Source: Candidatus Latescibacterota bacterium (GTDB taxonomy: Bacteria; Latescibacterota; UBA2968; UBA8231). Taken from it: DNA of 17,845 bases. Shown piece after piece: positions 15,111-17,845 of this stretch; position 1 is the first letter of the stretch; each line of letters opens with the position of its first letter. Location of the stretch: positions 1 through 17,845 of the forward strand of contig CBDBIJ010000060.1 in NCBI GenBank assembly GCA_965205655.1. The letters run 5' to 3'. Position numbers and translations under genes: made by a program. The notes under the pieces are model-generated. The model saw nothing but the letters and a program-made list of their open reading frames with translations, ran no database searches and was not told the origin of the DNA.

Positions 15111-16042
15111 TGCGCGTGGTTTACCTCAACGGCAAATACGTACCGGAAAACGAAGCGCGGCTCTCTATTTTCGACTCGGCGCTCATTTTCGGAGACGCCG
15201 TATTCGAGGTGACCCGCACCTACCGCCAGCAGCCGTTCCGTCTCGTGGACCATCTCGAGCGACTTTACGCCTCCCTGGACTACGCCCGGATCGACTGCGG
15301 CATGTCAATAAAGGAGATGGAGGCGGCGACATACGCGACGATCGAGAAAAACGAGGAGGCGCTGGGCGATTACGATTTCCAGATCATGCACAACGCGACC
15401 CGCGGCCCTCTGAGCTTTTACGCGGAAATTCTAGAGGAAGGGTCCGGACCCGTCGTCACCATCAACATGATGCCGGTCATACGCCACGTCGGAAATCTGG
15501 TCCACCACTGGGTGCAGGGCGCGCACTTCGTGATCACGCCGCAGCGCTCGGTGCCGGCCCGCTACATCGATCCGAAGGCGAAAAACAGAAGCCGCATCTA
15601 CTACAGCATCGCCCAGATGCAGGCGGAGCGAATGGAGCAGGGAGCGACGGCGCTGCTCACCGACGAGCGGGGGTTCATCACGGAGGGGCCGGGCAACAAT
15701 TTCTTCATCGCCAAAGACGGGGAGGTCATCACTCCGAAAGGGCACGATATACTACGCGGCGTTTCGAGAGCCGCCTGTATGGACTTTGCGAGGAGAATCG
15801 GAAGACGGGTACGCGAGGCGGACATCGAGCCGTACGATGTGCGAGACGCGGACGAGGCGTGGTATACGACCACTCCGGTCGGGCTAGCGCCGGTGACGAG
15901 GTTCGATTTCGCCGACGTCGGAGACGGAAAGCCCGGACCGGTGTTCCTCGAGATTCTCGCGGCCTGGTCGGAGGAGGTGGGGGTGGATATCCTCGCTCAA
16001 GCGCGGGAATACGGCGAGCTGGCGAAGACGTGGAAGCCGTGA
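15110..16042 (+). CDS. PLP fold-type IV aminotransferase (BCAT/DAAT/ADC-lyase superfamily)
   Basis: From ATG 15110 (TGATG overlap): VYLNGKYVP, FGDAVFEVTR, HLERL, PLP-Lys in DPKAKNRSR, ITEGPGNNFF, ILRGVSR, ADEA and GKPGPV. Confidence 0.92.
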   Translation: MRVVYLNGKYVPENEARLSIFDSALIFGDAVFEVTRTYRQQPFRLVDHLERLYASLDYARIDCGMSIKEMEAATYATIEKNEEALGDYDFQIMHNATRGPLSFYAEILEEGSGPVVTINMMPVIRHVGNLVHHWVQGAHFVITPQRSVPARYIDPKAKNRSRIYYSIAQMQAERMEQGATALLTDERGFITEGPGNNFFIAKDGEVITPKGHDILRGVSRAACMDFARRIGRRVREADIEPYDVRDADEAWYTTTPVGLAPVTRFDFADVGDGKPGPVFLEILAAWSEEVGVDILAQAREYGELAKTWKP

Positions 16043-16061
16043 GTGCAGGCCGTAGGGCCAG

Positions 16062-16628
16062 TCATCGGAAAACGGGGCAGTCGACGAGTCGCGGCTTGAT
16101 TTCTTCCGGAATCGGCACCTGGAACGTGTTGAGAGTCATGGCCACGAGACCGTAGTAGCCTATCAGAGCGGTCAGCTCGACCGCACCGGCTCCCCCGAGG
16201 TCATCCACGGCTGCAGCGTAGGTTCGGTCCTGAACAAACCTGTTGTAGATGAGCTCGGTGGTGAATTCATACACGACCTGCTCGTCATCCTTGTCGAACC
16301 GCGGAAACTGATTCGTGCGCACCGCTTCGATCACCTTCGGGTCGACACCGGCCTTGAGCGCCAGGGTCTCGTGCAGGCTCCACTCCACCTGACAGTCCCA
16401 AGCGCGGGCCGTCACCAGGATGGCCAACTCGGTCAGTCGTGAATCGAGGCTGGAATCGTAGCGCAGAAACGCACCGAGCTTCTGAGCCCGATCGGCCAGT
16501 GCCGGGCTGTGAAGCCAGATTCTGAAGGGACCGTGGATACTCCCACGGGAGGCGACGATGGCATCGTAGATGGCCTGCTGCTCATCGTTCAGCTGCGATT
16601 TCTCGAGTTGCGGAATTCTCTTACCCAT
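16062..16628 (-). CDS. Carboxymuconolactone decarboxylase / AhpD-like family protein
   Basis: RG...GPF..WLHSP, ELAILVTARAW...EW..H and ELTALIGYY motifs; no CxxC. Confidence 0.88.
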   Translation of the reverse strand: MGKRIPQLEKSQLNDEQQAIYDAIVASRGSIHGPFRIWLHSPALADRAQKLGAFLRYDSSLDSRLTELAILVTARAWDCQVEWSLHETLALKAGVDPKVIEAVRTNQFPRFDKDDEQVVYEFTTELIYNRFVQDRTYAAAVDDLGGAGAVELTALIGYYGLVAMTLNTFQVPIPEEIKPRLVDCPVFR

Positions 16629-16666
16629 AGTGGAGCGCTCTCATGTACACAGCGGGAGATGATACG

Positions 16667-17560
16667 ATGGAAGATACGGTCGGGTTTGTGGGCCTCGGGT
16701 CCATGGGAGGTCACATGGCTCACAATATCTCGAGAGCGGGCTTCTCACTGTGGGTGTACGACGCGCGCCAGGAAGCACTGACATCGTTTGCGAATGGAGC
16801 AGCTCGCTGTGCGGAGAATCTCACGCAAATAGCGGAAAACTGCAACAGGATCGTACTCTCACTGCCGGACGGCAATGTGGTAAAGGATGCTCTCTACGGC
16901 GAGAGCGGGCTGCGAGGGGCGTTGCGCGCAGGACAGATCATCGTCGACTGCAGCACGACCTCTCCCGACTACACAGCGGAAGCAGCCGCGGAACTCGAGC
17001 AGGCGGAGGTCGTATTTCTGGATGCGCCCGTGACGGGGATGGAAGCGCGAGCTTCGGACGGGACTCTGACCATCATGGTCGGTGGAGATGAATCGGCCTT
17101 CGCCTCGGTTCGACCGATCCTGGAGGCGATGGGAACGGTTGTCGTCCACATGGGTCCGTCGGGCTGCGGCCAGCTGATGAAGGCGACGAACAACGTGCTC
17201 TACAACATCTCCATCGCCGCCATGGCCGAGATGCTGCCATTCGCCGTGCGGCTCGGGCTCGATCCCGAAAAAGTGCGCCAGGTAGTGAGCACGGGATCCG
17301 GACAGAGCTTCGGCTTCGATTTCTTCTCAAAACGCGCACTTGAGCGCGAGTTCGGGAAGGAGTATCCAATGGGACGCGCCTTCAAGGATTTCGTCACGGT
17401 CATGGGAAAGGCCAGTGTCCTGCAGGTCCCGATACCGGTGGCTTCAGCGTCGATGCAGACCTACTTGATGGCACTGTCCGAGGGCCTCGGGGAAGAGAGC
17501 AAGGGCGCGATGATCAAGGTCTGGGAAAAAGTGAACGGAGTGGAGATCAGCAGCCAGTAG
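16667..17560 (+). CDS. NAD(P)-dependent beta-hydroxyacid dehydrogenase (3-hydroxyisobutyrate dehydrogenase / tartronate semialdehyde reductase family)
   Basis: VGFVGLGSMG Rossmann motif, LDAPVTG, GTLTIMVGG and catalytic Lys in GQLMKATNN. ATG 16667 has a GGGAG RBS; ATG 16643 is an alternative start. Confidence 0.92.
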   Translation: MEDTVGFVGLGSMGGHMAHNISRAGFSLWVYDARQEALTSFANGAARCAENLTQIAENCNRIVLSLPDGNVVKDALYGESGLRGALRAGQIIVDCSTTSPDYTAEAAAELEQAEVVFLDAPVTGMEARASDGTLTIMVGGDESAFASVRPILEAMGTVVVHMGPSGCGQLMKATNNVLYNISIAAMAEMLPFAVRLGLDPEKVRQVVSTGSGQSFGFDFFSKRALEREFGKEYPMGRAFKDFVTVMGKASVLQVPIPVASASMQTYLMALSEGLGEESKGAMIKVWEKVNGVEISSQ

Positions 17561-17562
17561 TG

Positions 17563-17845
17563 TCAGCCCAGAGCCCTCCGCACCTCGGAGACCAAGCTCT
17601 CCGCGTAGCGGACCATGTATCTGCAATCGCCGCCAACCTGCAGCCACTGTACCCCGCGCGCCGCCATTATCCTGCAGTATTCCGCATCATCGGGCATGCC
17701 GGACCCCACGAACAGTCCCGCCTTTTTCGCGCTGGAAATAACGTGTTCGATGGCCTGCACGACCGCCGGGTGTTCGACATCGCCGACGTGCCCCAGCGAG
17801 GCGGCCAGATCGTAAGGGCCGATCACGACGGAGTCGACGCCCGCA
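17563..17845 (-). CDS. HpcH/HpaI aldolase family protein (C-terminal part; start lies beyond the right edge)
   Basis: GVDSVVIGPYDLAASLG...HPAV..AIEHV and G.QWLQVGGD match the HpcH/GarL/RhmA C-terminus. Confidence 0.88.
   Translation of the reverse strand, partial: AGVDSVVIGPYDLAASLGHVGDVEHPAVVQAIEHVISSAKKAGLFVGSGMPDDAEYCRIMAARGVQWLQVGGDCRYMVRYAESLVSEVRRALG

Noticed and set aside
152..17815. Numerous antisense and alternate-frame ORFs of 60-280 aa (e.g. 5819-6478, 10712-11497, 12492-13343, 13678-14502)
   Set aside because: They are shadow ORFs expected in high-GC DNA: Arg/Pro/Ser-rich, without motifs, and overlapping well-supported genes.

Overview
High-GC bacterial chromosomal window, mostly metabolic and housekeeping genes. 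Left to right: (i) the 5' part of a minus-strand Mrp/Mnh cation/H+ antiporter operon (E-F-G-DUF4040-B-C-D, D cut by the window edge), with two short tandem repeats in its promoter region; (ii) a xylose-isomerase-like TIM-barrel gene and an amidase, both broken by single extra G bases; (iii) a complete 1253-bp IS630-family element (TA duplication, terminal inverted repeats, slippery A8 site) inserted just upstream of a PhyH-family dioxygenase; (iv) a small membrane protein followed by a large divergent HD-domain protein; (v) a ~230-nt highly structured non-coding segment ahead of a divergent serS coupled to folD; (vi) a small hendecad coiled-coil membrane-anchored protein; (vii) a coupled mmsA / creatininase-family / class IV aminotransferase operon; (viii) CMD-family, beta-hydroxyacid dehydrogenase and partial HpcH aldolase genes. 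The most unexplained signal is the multi-hairpin element at 9658-9887. Five single-base frameshifts in short homopolymers (3750-8060) look like sequencing errors rather than biology. All family calls come from motif recognition by eye; no database search was run.
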